DNA from: Eledone cirrhosa
Lineage: Eukaryota
Assembly: GCA_964016885.1 (NCBI GenBank)
Contig: OZ024746.1
Coordinates: 60,016,001-60,080,000, forward strand
Direction of reading: 5' to 3'
Length of the DNA stretch: 64,000 nt
This document shows, piece by piece, positions 12,925-26,409 of this stretch; position 1 is the stretch's first letter, and every line of letters begins with the position of its first letter. The translations under genes and the position numbers were made by a program. Below the pieces are notes generated by a model that did not search any database, was not told where the DNA came from, and was given only the letters and a program-made list of their open reading frames with translations.

Positions 12925-13804
12925 TTGGGTAGGCCAAAATGTTTGTTCATTTTTTTAAGCAAAAATAAAACTTCTGTGGATTACTGCAGTTAATTTGTCC
13001 AGCTGGTCACAGTACACATCTGAATTGATGTCTGTGGGAAGTACACATCTGAATTGATGTCTGTGGGAAGAAGCCCAAAGAAGATAACACCTTTCCAATC
13101 CCACCAACTTGAAAGCATAACTTTCTTTGGGTGAAGTCTTGCTTTGAAGGTCGTTTGTGGTGGTCCATTACACTTCCCCCATGATAGAATGTGCTTCACA
13201 TTGTTATAGACGATCTGTCTTTCGTCCCGTCATCATTCTCTTCAAAGAAGGATCATTTTCTTCATTTTTTCTGCAATGAATCATAGACGGAAATCTGTTG
13301 GGCAAGTTTAGCCTTATTCAATTGATGTGGGACCCAAACATCATGGTTGTTGATGTTACAAAGTTGATACAGATGGTTTTCAATACTCAATTTGAATATT
13401 TAGAGAATATCTTCAATCATTCTGATCATATGATAGGGGTTAATGTTGACTAACTTGTTCATTTTGTTCCTGTTAATCTCTGTTGGCTGACCAGAGTGAG
13501 GTGTATCGTGAACTGTAAAATTTCCTGATCAAAATCTTTAAAGCCTCTTTTGGCACACGTTCCATAACAGCATCCTTTCCAGGCTTCCACCGCTTTCTTG
13601 TCTTTTTTTAAATAAAAAAAAGCATGAGGCGTCATTATGGTTCTCCATTTTCAGGGTAATCCTCAGCACATGTTTTGTCACAAGTTCGCATTGAGCTATG
13701 ATGAAGTGCCAAGTGTCAAATAAGTGTACATGCGCAAAGTACAGACTTAAGTTAGCTACTTATTAGAGTGCTTGAAAACTAAACCTACTCTTTGGCCTAC
13801 CCAA
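12925..13804 (-). mobile_element. Mariner transposon, internally deleted and decayed
   Basis: TIRs TTGGGTAGGCCAAA / TTTGGCCTACCCAA with TA on both sides. Minus-strand peptide ..PQTTFKARLHPKKVMLSSWWDWKGVIFF..INSDVY. Confidence 0.9.
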
Positions 13805-14631
13805 TATATATATATATATATACAAACCATTAAACTAAGTGTATCCCAGTTTTTTAGAATAGATTTTTTAGTGTTGACTAAAAAGATTGGTGCCAGAAAG
13901 AGTATCTGGCGGTATAACATTGAACATAAAAATGATGAAACAGTGTACTGGAAAACACCAAGACGTAGTTAGGGAAAAGTGTGTTCGATATGATAGTGGA
14001 GCACTTTGTCCAACGCCGTGTTCTACCTCTCTCTTTCTCTCTTTCTATATATATATATGCATGTGTGTGTGAGTATATGTGTGTGTGTGTGTGTATATAT
14101 ATGTATGTATGTATATATATATATATATATATATATAAAGTATATATAAGCTGTTTGACCTCTGTCATTTCCAATTACAAGTGCTCCAATTAATTCAATC
14201 AATAGAACTGCTTGCTCGTGAAAGTAACATGTAAGTGGCTGAACATTCTACAGATATGTACACCTTTAATGTAGTTCTATGTAGTTCTCAGGGAGATTCA
14301 ATTTGAGACAGTGTGTGACAATGCTGGCTACTTGAATTACAGGTGCAACTCATTTTTGCCTGCGTTGTGGCCAAGCGCAATATAAAATAGTGTCTGGCTC
14401 AAAGACGACTTACTACCGTTTGGGAATCGATATCATTATTTTATGATAGTGAGCCAAACACCCTCACCACTAAGCCATACACCTTCATTGTATGTGTGTG
14501 TGTATATATCTTTTTAATATATACACTCTCCCCCTCTCTCTCTATATATATATACATATCATAGAGTGATTTTGGTACCTTCCACAGTAGATCGCAAATC
14601 TACTGAATCACTCACTTATATATATATATAT

Positions 14632-16420
14632 ATGAAGGTCACGGAAAAAGTAATAGCGCAACTAATCAGAGAGCGAATTGATCTAGATGGAATGCAGTTC
14701 GGGTTTGTGTCAGGAAAAAGTACCACAGACGCTCTTTTCATTGTACGACAACTACAGGAGAAGTACCTAGCTAAAAGTAAACCCCTATACTTAGCTTTCG
14801 TCGACTTGGAGAAGGCCTTCGACAGAGTCCCCCGTTCCATTATCTGGTGGGCTCTTAGAAAACTAGGTGTTGATGAATGGCTTGTGAGAGCTATACAAGC
14901 CATGTATAAAGAAACAGTCAGCAAGGTTAGAATTAACAACGAATATAGTGAAGAGTTTAGTGTAAAAGTTGGTGTTCATCAGGGATCTGTTCTTAGCCCC
15001 CTACTATTTATTATTGCTCTCCAGGCTATAACAGTGGAGTTCAAGACCGGCTGCCCATGGGAACTCCTATACGCAGATGATCTAACGCTCATAGCTGAAT
15101 CAATGGCCGAGCTAGAGAAGAAATTCCAAACATGGAAGCACGGCCTAGAATCAAAAGGCCTTAAAATTAACCTGGCTAAGACTAAAGTTCTAGTTTGTAA
15201 GAAAGAAAATAAGGCGGCGGTCCCCTCCGGGAAGTGGCCATGCGCAGAGTGTAGGAAAGGCGTAGGTAGAAACTCCATTTTGTGTCCCAAATGCAAAGTT
15301 TGGGTGCATAAAAGATGTAGTGGTATCACAGGTAAGCTAACTAAGAACATAGATTTTACATGTGGCCGGTGTTCCGGCGCAATAAGTAGCAGCAAGTGCC
15401 CACAGAATACTAGCTCTTTCAGCTGCGCAGAGGGTTCTATAGAAATAGTGGACAGCTTCCGTTACCTGGGTGACAAAATCAGCAGTGGGGGAGGGTGCTC
15501 TGAAAGTACAGTAGCTAGAGTCAGAACTGGGTGGAAAAAGTTCAGAGAGCTTATACCACTATTAGCCGCTAAAGGGTTCTCTCTAAAAATGAAAGGCAGG
15601 TTGTACGATGCCTGCATACGAACAGCAATGTTGCATGGCAGTGAGACCTGGGCATTGTGTGCAGAAGATATACGCAGACTAGAGAGAAACGAAGCTTGCA
15701 TGCTCCGCTGGATGTGTAATAGTAATATACGTGAACGACAAAGCATAAACGAACTAAGGAAAAAATTAGAAATAAGAGGGATCAGATGTTGTCTACTCGA
15801 GAGAAGGCTACGTTGGTATGGTCACGTAATGCGCATGAAGGACGATAGCTGTATAACAAAGTGCAGGGCAATAAAGATAGACGGTAGCCACGGAATAGGC
15901 AGACCCAGAAAAACCTGGGATGAGCTGATAAACTCCGACCTCACACACTTACACCCCACCAAGACAATGTCACTGGACCGAGACCTTTGGCGGTACTCAG
16001 TAATAGAGAAGACCCGCCTTACCTAAATACATAGTAAAACCTACTACAGCCAGTAGGCATCTCTAACAAAATACACCCCCGTCCCACCACCCACAACCCA
16101 TCCACACCACCCCCTCCTATGTAAAGTTGTGTTGGTGCCACAACATCCAGGCCGAAACAAATGAGATCGTGTAGGTGTCACGACAAAAAAACACACAGTC
16201 CACGCTGTAATGTGGCTGTGTAGGCAACACGGTAAAAACCTCCCAGTCCCACACTGTAAATGTGGTTGGTGTTAGGAAGGGCATCCAACTGTAGAAAATC
16301 TGCCAGACAGTCCTATGCGAGCAAGACAATCACTCTTGCCTGAAGTGGGAATCCCCCCGTCCAAACCCATGCAAGCGTGGAACACGGATGTTAAACGTTG
16401 ATGATGATGATGATGATGAT
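14632..16420 (+). mobile_element. RTE-clade LINE (family A), 5'-truncated, intact RT ORF portion
   Basis: ORF 14566..16026 has QFGF, FVDLEKAFDRV, GVHQGSVLSP, LLYADD, a Cys-rich insert and [15 protein letters not shown]. 3' UTR ends in (GAT)n; both ends abut (TA)n. Confidence 0.95.
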
Positions 16421-16642
16421 ATATATATATAAAATGTAGGTGTCACAATAAAGAGCACCAAGTACACACTGTAAATGTGGTTAGCATTAGGAAGGGCATC
16501 CAGCCATAGAAACCAAGCCTAAATTAGTTTTGTATGAGCAAGACACGATCACCTGATCTGGCTTGTCACACACTGAGACAACTTGTCTAACCCATGCTAG
16601 TATGGAAAAATGGACATTAAATGGTGATGATAATAACGATGA

Positions 16643-16784
<142 letters not shown>

Positions 16785-16830
16785 AATGAATACAAGGAGT
16801 ATAAACCGTTAAAACATGTTTATATAACAA

Positions 16831-16873
16831 TGCACCTACGTACGTTTCGCCCGGAATGGGCTTATCAAGGGCA
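16831..16873 (-). ncRNA. Type I hammerhead ribozyme with U3-A8 core variant
   Basis: Minus strand reads UGCCC-UUGAUAA-GCCC(AUUCC)GGGC-GAAA-CGUACG-UA^GGUGCA. Palindromic stem III; GUA cleavage triplet. Confidence 0.72.
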
Positions 16874-17287
16874 TGGAAAACAAAAAAATGATCAATACGT
16901 GACCTAGTATGTGCATTGTTATATAAACATGTTTTAACGGTTTATACTCCTTCTATTCATTTCTTTTATAATCGCTCTGCTTATTTTTTCTCGCCCACTA
17001 AATATTAACGCTTCTAATATTTAACCCTGTAGGCACAAGTATTGAGCACATTTGCACAAACTATTGGCAACTAAATATATGTATCGCCTATCTTTCCTTT
17101 TTTTCTCTTTCTCGATACTTAAACATTCTATATATATCATCATCATTTTACGTCCCCTTTTCCCTGCTTGCAAGGGTGGGACGGGAACTGATTCTGGCTT
17201 GATTTCTACAGCTGGATGCCCTTCCTAACACCAACCTCATTTACAGTGAGTGCTGGGTGCTTTTTTTCCGTGGCGCCTACACGCCCA

Positions 17288-17366
<79 letters not shown>

Positions 17367-18245
17367 TCAGACTGGGTGATGTGTTGTTTCCTTGAGCAAG
17401 ACACTTTATTTCACATTGCTCCAGTTTACTCAGCTGTAGAAATGAGATGATAGGGACTGGGGTCCATATCATTCCACTGCAAAATGGTCGTGGAGGTGCC
17501 ACAGCAAAAAAGCACCCAGCCCACGCTGTAAATATATATATATATATATAATACATGGTCCTCTTGGGCGGTATTGTTTCCTAATTAAAAATAATTTCAT
17601 TTAATTATAGCTTTTCAATCAGAAAACAAAACCTCCCATAAGGAGGTATTTAAAATCCAAAAACATATGCAAGGGGGACAACTTCGACGATATCAGTTAA
17701 TTTAAATTTCTAAAAAGACCATGACAATGCAGTTAGGAGTGGATCATGCCTTTATAGCCACCTGGTGAACCATCGCAGATATTTTCATCTTGTAAGATCT
17801 CATCAGCAAGTACATTTACATTAGTTAGGTAGGTTTAGACATGATCAAATACATATAAAAGTGTGTGATAGTGGGATTATAATGACACCAATTAGAAATA
17901 TCGACAATAGGGCTGATAAATATATATATATATCATTAGCATCACTTTAAGTTCATTTGACTCTGCTGGCATACATTGGTTGAGTCTTTATAGGTCAAAT
18001 CAGTACTTAATCAGAGCTACTGTCCTTCTAAACTAACAAGAACTATACCTTGCTCACATATGTTCTAGTTTGGGCATGGTTTCTACAGCTGGATGCCATT
18101 CCTAATGGCAACCCCTTTACAGAGAGTATGTTGTGCATTTTATCATGACATATATGATTATATATATATAATAAAGGTATGTGTTCCTACATGTAAATAA
18201 TACACATAGGGATACAAGTATAGTCCGACCATATGCTTTCCCTTG

Positions 18246-18276
<31 letters not shown>

Positions 18277-18442
18277 TTCTATTTCATCTTTTATTTCTTA
18301 TTCTGTCGTCTAATGAAAGACTAGTGCCTGAAATATTAAGACTATTTTCCTACAATATCACAACTAATATATTTTTTCATTGTACTGTGTAGTTTACTTT
18401 GTTATTTATGTTTACTTTTTGCACACACACACACACACACAC

Positions 18443-18489
<47 letters not shown>

Positions 18490-18607
18490 CATAATCAACG
18501 TCTATTTTCCCTGCCAGCAAGGGGTATTAAATATATATAGGGCAGGTGTGGGTTATGCTACCTCTTGCTAGCATGGAGAATAAATATTAATTGATGTGGA
18601 TGGTGTA

Positions 18608-18709
<102 letters not shown>

Positions 18710-21700
18710 CACACACAATGGCAGTATTCATTCTAACTATTCTGGGACTCCAATGACCTGGAGCTGATTTGTTCACAATAAAATCTAATTCTAGCAGAAA
18801 TGTATTGACTACTGGAGTGTTTAGGATGGAAACTACTGCAGCTGATGGTGCTGTTATTGCTATGATAGCTGCAGCTGATGGTGCTGCTGTAATTATTAAT
18901 ACTACTACTGATGATGATGCCGCTGTTATTATTATTACATTTGCAGCTGATGGTGCTGCTGCTGCTTCTATTATTTCAACTGCTGCCATTACTACTACTA
19001 TTGCTACTGCTGTTGCTACTACTACTACTACTACTACTACTACTAATAATAATAATAATAATAATAATACTACTACTACTAATACTACTACAGTTTTTAT
19101 AACCACTACTAATTGTACAGCTGCCATAACTACTACTAACAACAACAATACTAATATCACTACCATCACTATAATTGTGGTGAGTAGTGCTGGTGCGGTA
19201 TGGTCTGTAGTGGTCGTGTGTAGTGTATTAGTGGTGGTATAGTGTTTTAGTATGCTCATATGTTGCAGTGGGTGCCCATGCATGTAACGATACACGATAT
19301 ATGCAGGGTGTCCCCCAAAAAATGCATACACACTTCAACAGCATTCTAATAAATATTCCTGTACAGGTAATGAACATGTCTATACATTTTTTTTTTGCAA
19401 CACCCAGTATATATGTAGGTGTGTGTGTTTGTTTATGGGTGTTTGCTGTAAATGAATGTATCATCCATGACTGACTTAAATAACACAGGATTATTCCATG
19501 AGAAGATTACAAAGACAAAGACATGATCAGGAGGAGAAAAATGAGAAATATTAAGGAATAAAGAAATATGGAAATATTACATAGCTTTAGACTCAAAGTA
19601 AGGAATAGCTTGGGAGGTTGTATTGTTAAATGTAGGGTCTATATTAAATCTGATGAGGTGGAAGGCTGTGAAGTTTGGTTGCTTAGTGGTTAAGGTGTTT
19701 GGCTCACAATTGAAAGGTTGTGTGTTTGATTCTCGGACTGAGTGATGCATTGTATCCTCAAGCAAGCAAGACACTATTTCCCATTGCTCCAGTCCACTCA
19801 GCTGGAAAAAATGAATTGTACCTGTGATTCAAAGAGCTAACCTTGTAACTTACTGTATCATGTTGAATCTCCCTAAGAATTACATTAAGAATGCATGTAT
19901 CTGTAGAATGCTCAGCCACTTGCTCTACAATAGGCAAGAAAGGCCAGCCTTGTCACATACTGTGTCATGCTGAATTACCCTGAGAATTATGTTACGGGTA
20001 CACGGCCATATATAGACACACACACACATATACATATGCAAATAGACACAAACACTCATACATGAACAGACACACATGCATATACACAAACATACAGCCA
20101 TGTGTACACATGCACATGAACACGCATATACATACATACAAACACTGATACATGAACTCATAGGCATAATATTTAACCCTCAGCCTCATTCTCCCCCACT
20201 TGCTGTTGTTGTTATATATATTGTTATTTAGAAACACTTATTATTTGACCACCTTCTCCTGTTCTTTGGTGAGCAGACAAAGGGGAACTCTGAGTTTCTG
20301 ATCAACTGGTTGGTCTGTTTCTTGGTGGGGGACCTTCAGAGCAGGGAGACTAACTTTCTGAAAATGTTTGGCTTGGCAATGCTTCCAGAGATATGTACAG
20401 CATAGCTGGTTGAAAATATATTCTACATCAGGGATCCTTAAACTTTTTGGTCCTTTCAATCTTTCATGGAATCCTTGACCCCCACCCCCTCCCTCATTGA
20501 CCCGAAACATGTACAAAAATAGATAAGTAAATAAATCAGTAAATTGAATAATAAAAAAAAGACAATGAAGACTAATTATATTGAAATCAGAAACTTCTAT
20601 TAGCAAGTTGTATTTTATTGATTTTATTGTTGTTTATGTGTTTTCATTTTATATACAAATGTCATGTTTTGGTCCAAAAGTTGAATTGACTCCTGGGGGT
20701 GGGGGATATTGATCACTATGGGACCTTGCTCTACAAGCATGGAAGGCCGATATAAGATAGACATGGAATGATATATTCTTTTATATGTATTCATTCAGTG
20801 TCCAAACATTGTTGACTTGTGGGGTTCTGTTGAACAGTTGTTGTATGGAAGACAGATCCAGCTATCAGCCATTATGAAAGTTACCCTGTTGCCTTCCTTA
20901 AGCCAGGAAGGACAGACAGGAAGTTTTCCTCTGCCAAGTAGTAATGACTAGAGGAGAGCTGTGCTGGAAAAGACCTCTCCAACCAATACAAGCATAGAAA
21001 TTAGATTGTATGGTGAGAGTGACTGAAAGAACTCTAACCTCTTCAGCCACACCTCATTGGATTTTTCTAAGTTCTACTTTAGGAAAGTGAAGATGACGGT
21101 GTTGCTCTCTAGTAAATTTGTTGAAAGCTGGGTAACTGTGGCGAGCATGACCTGAGTAAATAGGCCTACGCCCAGGGCTGGTGCTACCACTAAAGCCAAC
21201 TAGGCAGTCTCCTAAAGCATAGATCTCAGAGAGATGCATTACTGAACCTTAAATTATCACAGTTTTTTTTACAAATTTGTGTAATTAAATACATAAAAAA
21301 AATTTGCAATTAATAAATAAATCGCTAAACATCTTTGCAATGTAGCAACATTATGAAAATATCCAAAGTGGAGGCGAGGATGTTATGGTGTTATGACTTG
21401 TAATGTGATTTAGTGTGGGGGAGTGTGAACCTTGTAGAGGAAAATGAAAACATAGTAATTTTTTAGTGTGGCCAGAGCAAGAGTAGGTTTGTCAGAATAG
21501 GTTTGTCAGAATAGGTTTGTCAGTCTACTCTAATTTGAAATTATTTATTGGCAAGAATGGAGCACATGACTGGAATAATGAGGCATACATTGTAGAGCTG
21601 GCCTAGGGTACTAAATACCCAGGCATCAACTGTGCATACACCTATTCACTCAGTATGCTACATAGAGGTGGCCTTTTTGTAGTTAATGTTTTGGTTGTTG

Positions 21701-22039
21701 CAGACAAACCTAGTGATATTTAACACAGGATATTATGAGAGTTATTAATATTGTTGTTGTCTTATTGTCGTCATTATTGTTGCTAAGTATACTTAGTGCC
21801 ATTTGAAACAAGAGACTTGAGAGGAGATGGTGGTGAAAGAGAGACACACAAGTGTGTGCATGCATACACACTAATAAAGTTTCATATGTACATACACAAA
21901 CATAGCCCAACACGGCTTCATACACACAAACACACACAGAAGCAAATACAGTCTCATACATACACATATTTGTGGACAAGCACATACATAACCACATACT
22001 TGTGAGCTAACACATACATGTACAGACATAACCACATAC

Positions 22040-22236
22040 AATATATATATACATATATATATATACATAATATATATATATATACATAATATATATATAT
22101 ATATACATAATATATATATATACATAATATATATATATATATATATATACATAATATATATATATATATATACATAATATATATATATATATATATACAT
22201 AATATATATATACATAATATATATATATATATATAC

Positions 22237-22272
<36 letters not shown>

Positions 22273-22464
22273 ATATATATATATATATATATATACATAA
22301 AATATATATATATACATAATATATATATACATAATATATATATATATACATAATATATATATATATATATATACATAATATATATATATATATATATATA
22401 CCCATGCAAGCGTGGAAGATGGGCGTTAAACGATGATGATGATGATGATGATATATATATATAC

Positions 22465-22502
<38 letters not shown>

Positions 22503-22580
22503 ATATATATATATATATCTACATAATATATATATATATACATAATATATATATATATATATATTATGTATATATATATA
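22040..22580. repeat. Compound (TA)n / CATAA(TA)n microsatellite; other long (TA)n or (TG/TA)n tracts at 16646-16778, 24108-24432, 60905-61247
   Basis: Direct inspection. Confidence 0.95.
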
Positions 22581-23066
22581 TACATAAATGAGGTTGGTGT
22601 TAGGAAGGGCATGCAGCTGTAGAAATCAAGCCAGAATCAGTTCCCGTCCCACCCTTGCTAGCAGGGAAAAGCAATGTGAAATAAAGTGTCTTGCTCAAGG
22701 AAACAACACATCACCCGGTCTGAGGTTGTGAGTTCAATTCTCAGATCGGGTGATGTGTTGTTCCCTTGAGCAAGACACTTTATTTCACATTGCTCCAGTT
22801 TACTCAGCTGTAAAAATGAGATGATAGGGACTGGGGTCCATATCATTCCACTACAAAGTGGTCGTGGAGGTGCCACGGTAAAAAAGCACCCAGCACTAAC
22901 TGCAAATGAGGTTGGTGTTAGGAAGGGCATCCAGCTGTAGAAATCAAGCCAGAATCAGTTCCCATCGCACCCTTGCAAACAGGAAAAAAGCGGACGTAAA
23001 ATGAAATGATGATGATGATGATATATACATAATATATATAAATATATACATAATATATATAATATA

Positions 23067-24107
23067 TCATCATCATCATCATCGTTTAACGTCCATCTTC
23101 CACGCTTGCATGGGTTTGGACGGGAGTTTTCCCACTTGAGGCAAGATTGGTTGTCCTGCTCGTATAGGACTGTCTGGCGGGTTTTCTACGGCTGGATGCC
23201 TTTCCTAACACCAACCACGTTTACAGTGTGGACTGGGAGGTTTTTACCATGTTACCTACACGGCCACATTACAGCGTGGACTGTGTGTTTTTGTTTTGTC
23301 GTGACACCTACACGACCTCATTTGTTTCGGACTGGATGTTGTGGTACCAACATAACTTTACATTGAAAGGGGTGGTGTGGATGAGATGGGGGTAGTGGGA
23401 CGGGGGTGTATTTTGTTAGAGGTGCCTACTGACTGTAGTAGGTTTCACTTTGTACTTAGGTAAGGCGGGTCTTCTGTATTACTGTGTAGCGCCAAAGATC
23501 TCGGTCCAGTGACATTGTCTTGGAGAGGTGTAAGTGTGTGAGGTTGGAATTTATCAGCTCGTCCCAGGTTTTTCTGGGTCTGCCTACTCCGTGGCTACCG
23601 TCTATCTTTATTGCCCTGCACTTTTTTATACAGCTGTCGTCTTTCATGCGCATCACGTGACCATACCAACGTAGTCTTCTCTCGAGTAAACAACATCTCA
23701 TCCCTCTTATTTCTAATTTTTCCGTTAGTTCGTTTATGCTTTGCCGTTCATGTATATTACTATTACACATCCAGCGGAGCATGCAAGCTTCGTTCCTCTC
23801 CAGTCTGCGTATATCCTCTGCACACAATGCCCAGGTCTCACTGCCATGTAACATTGCTGTTCGTATGCAGGCATCATACAGCCTGCCTTTCATTTTTAGA
23901 GAGAACCCTTTAGCGGCTAATAGTGGTATAAGCTCTCTGAACTTTTTCCATCCAGTTCTGACTCTAGCTACTGTACTTTCAGAGCACCCTCCACCACTGC
24001 CGATTTTGTCACACAAGTAACGGAAGGTGTCCATTATTTCTATAGAACCATCTGTGCAATGGAATGAGCTAGTATTCTGTGGGCACTTGCTGCTACTTAT
24101 TGCACCA
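23067..24107 (-). mobile_element. RTE family A 3' fragment
   Basis: ORF 23456..24034 is near-identical to the C-terminus of 14566..16026. (ATC)n tail at about 23067; (TA)n flanks. Confidence 0.93.
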
Positions 24108-24147
24108 TATATATATATTATATATTATATATATTATATATATATAT

Positions 24148-24181
<34 letters not shown>

Positions 24182-24197
24182 ATATATTATATATATA

Positions 24198-24241
<44 letters not shown>

Positions 24242-24250
24242 ATATATATA

Positions 24251-24296
<46 letters not shown>

Positions 24297-25750
24297 ATAT
24301 ATATATATATATTATATATATATATTATATATATATATATATTATATATTATAAATATATATTATATATATATATTATATATATATATATATATATAATA
24401 TATATATATTATATATATATATATATACATATATGAGAAAGAGAGAACACAAGAAGCTGTCACTTAAGGTGGAAAGTGTTGTTGTTTTTAACATGTCAAA
24501 CGTAGACTACTTGAGGGACCTAATTAGTAGATTGATGGACACCCACCAGATGTTTGGTAGATTTTCACCATTTCTAACACACACACACACTCTCTCTCTC
24601 TCTCTCTCCACACACACACACCCTGGAATGTTCTGGAATGTCTAAAATAATGAGGACATTTCTATTTAAGCTATTTCTCTGACTATGAGAAGTTAGCAAA
24701 TGTTTTTGGAGTTGGGCCAGATTGAAAAATGTTTTTATGTCTTGCAGACCATGGATAATAAAAGAAATGAAACCATTATTATACAAGGCTATGGAAACAA
24801 GCTTGCTTTTTATAATTACTTTAATGTTTGTTTCATTATAAGTATTTACTGTAGTTCTGGTGCCACTATAAAATATACTCAGTACACTCAGTAAGATGGT
24901 AGGTAGTGCTGGTGCTCTGATAAAATGAAACCAGTACATTCTGTAAAGTGGTGGTAGTACTGCTGTAATGATAAAATGCATCCAGTACACTATGTAATGT
25001 TGTTGGCATTAGGAAGGGCATCCAGCCATAGAAACCATGACAAAATATGTAACATATGAGCAAGATGTGGTAATCTCCTTCTGTCATCTGGTCTTGGACC
25101 ATGACGTGAATATAAAATGACGATAATGATGATGATGATTTTTGTTTTCCTCTTATGCCATTCTCAATTTTTGATATTTCCTTAGGGAGCTTGTGTGATG
25201 CTCACATACCTCTAACAACAACAACAATACTTTTTAGCACTTAGCTCTGACTATAGCTTTAACTAAGATTTCAATAAGGGATGGAAATTAGAAATAAATT
25301 GATGATAATTTATTTCTGATAATTGATGATGAACAATCTATCCAATGGGATACTCTCCAATTTTTTACTCACAAGCTTCAGCCAACCTAAGGCTATGGTA
25401 AAAGAAGATATTTGCCCAAGATAACATGTAGAGAAATCAAATTCAGGACCTCATGATAGCAAAACAAATCTCTAAACCACACTGTGATAACTTATTCCTC
25501 CTTTCACCCCATGCCCAACTAGGCTGACTAAAACCAAATAAGTCTGTTGGACTTACATTGATTCCAACAAGTGCTCCAGTTGTATTGAAAAAGCCTGTGC
25601 AAGAAATTAACATGCAAGTGACTGAGCACTCCACAGACATGTGCCCTGAAACCATATCAAATATAGAATGTATAATCTTTGACAATGACAAACTGTCCAA
25701 ACCATGCCGGCAAGGAGAGCAGACATCAAAAGGTGATGATGGATATATAT

Positions 25751-25952
25751 AGGAAATCCCAGTGGAAGGAAGACGCAGTAGAGAAAGACCATGAAAATCA
25801 TGGGCGGAGGTGGTGGGAGCTAACCTCAGATCGCTGAAGCTCACAGAGGAGATGACAAAGGACCGTGACGAATGGAGAGATGATGAGCTGAAAAGGACCC
25901 GTCCCACCCTTGCAAGCAAGGAAAAGCGGACATAAAATGATGATTATGATGA
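25751..25952 (+). mobile_element. RTE family B short 3' fragment
   Basis: EIPVEGRRSRERP*KSWAEVV..DRDEWRD..PTLASKEKRT plus GAT tail. Confidence 0.8.
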
Positions 25953-25999
25953 TATGAGTGTGTATATATATATATATATATATACACATATATACATAT

Positions 26000-26215
26000 C
26001 AATGCGGCATACTCCAATAGGTGCAAACTAACATTCCGGCCATCTTCTTCAAGGCCTTTCCCCCACTGCAGACACTTCAACCGACATAGGATGAAGTTTT
26101 CTTACTCCACCACACCCAACCTCAAAGAAATCTTAGCCTCCATCAATGGCAAGATAACAACCACTTTCACCCAACAAAACCCGACAAAACCCACAAGCCG
26201 GACAATCTTTTGTAA
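26000..26215 (+). mobile_element. Penelope-like element fragment (RT thumb/linker region)
   Basis: Translates to ..RHFNRHRMKFSYSTTPNLKEILASINGKI, resembling the PLE 'FNRNTVKxSYSCxPNxxxIIxSxN' motif. (TA)-rich flanks. Confidence 0.6.
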
Positions 26216-26409
26216 ATGACAATTCAAACAACATATATATATGTATACACATTCATATATATATGCATACACATTCATATATATATGTATATACATTCAT
26301 ATATATATATGTATATACATACATGTATATATATATATATATGTATACACATACATATAACATATATATATATGTATATACATATATATATATATATATA
26401 CATATATAA

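Noticed and set aside
19303-19408. Possible Tc1-type MITE (CAGGGTGTCCC..CAACACCCAG); hAT-like ends at about 3787 and 8498-8843
   Set aside because: TIRs are too degenerate and TSDs cannot be verified by eye.
20241-20410. Coding-looking stretch as a possible cassette exon
   Set aside because: In the required phase-2 frame, both candidate acceptors hit a TGA; no TMEM132 similarity.
21054-21239. 61-aa ORF of ordinary composition
   Set aside because: No recognisable motif or compatible splice sites.
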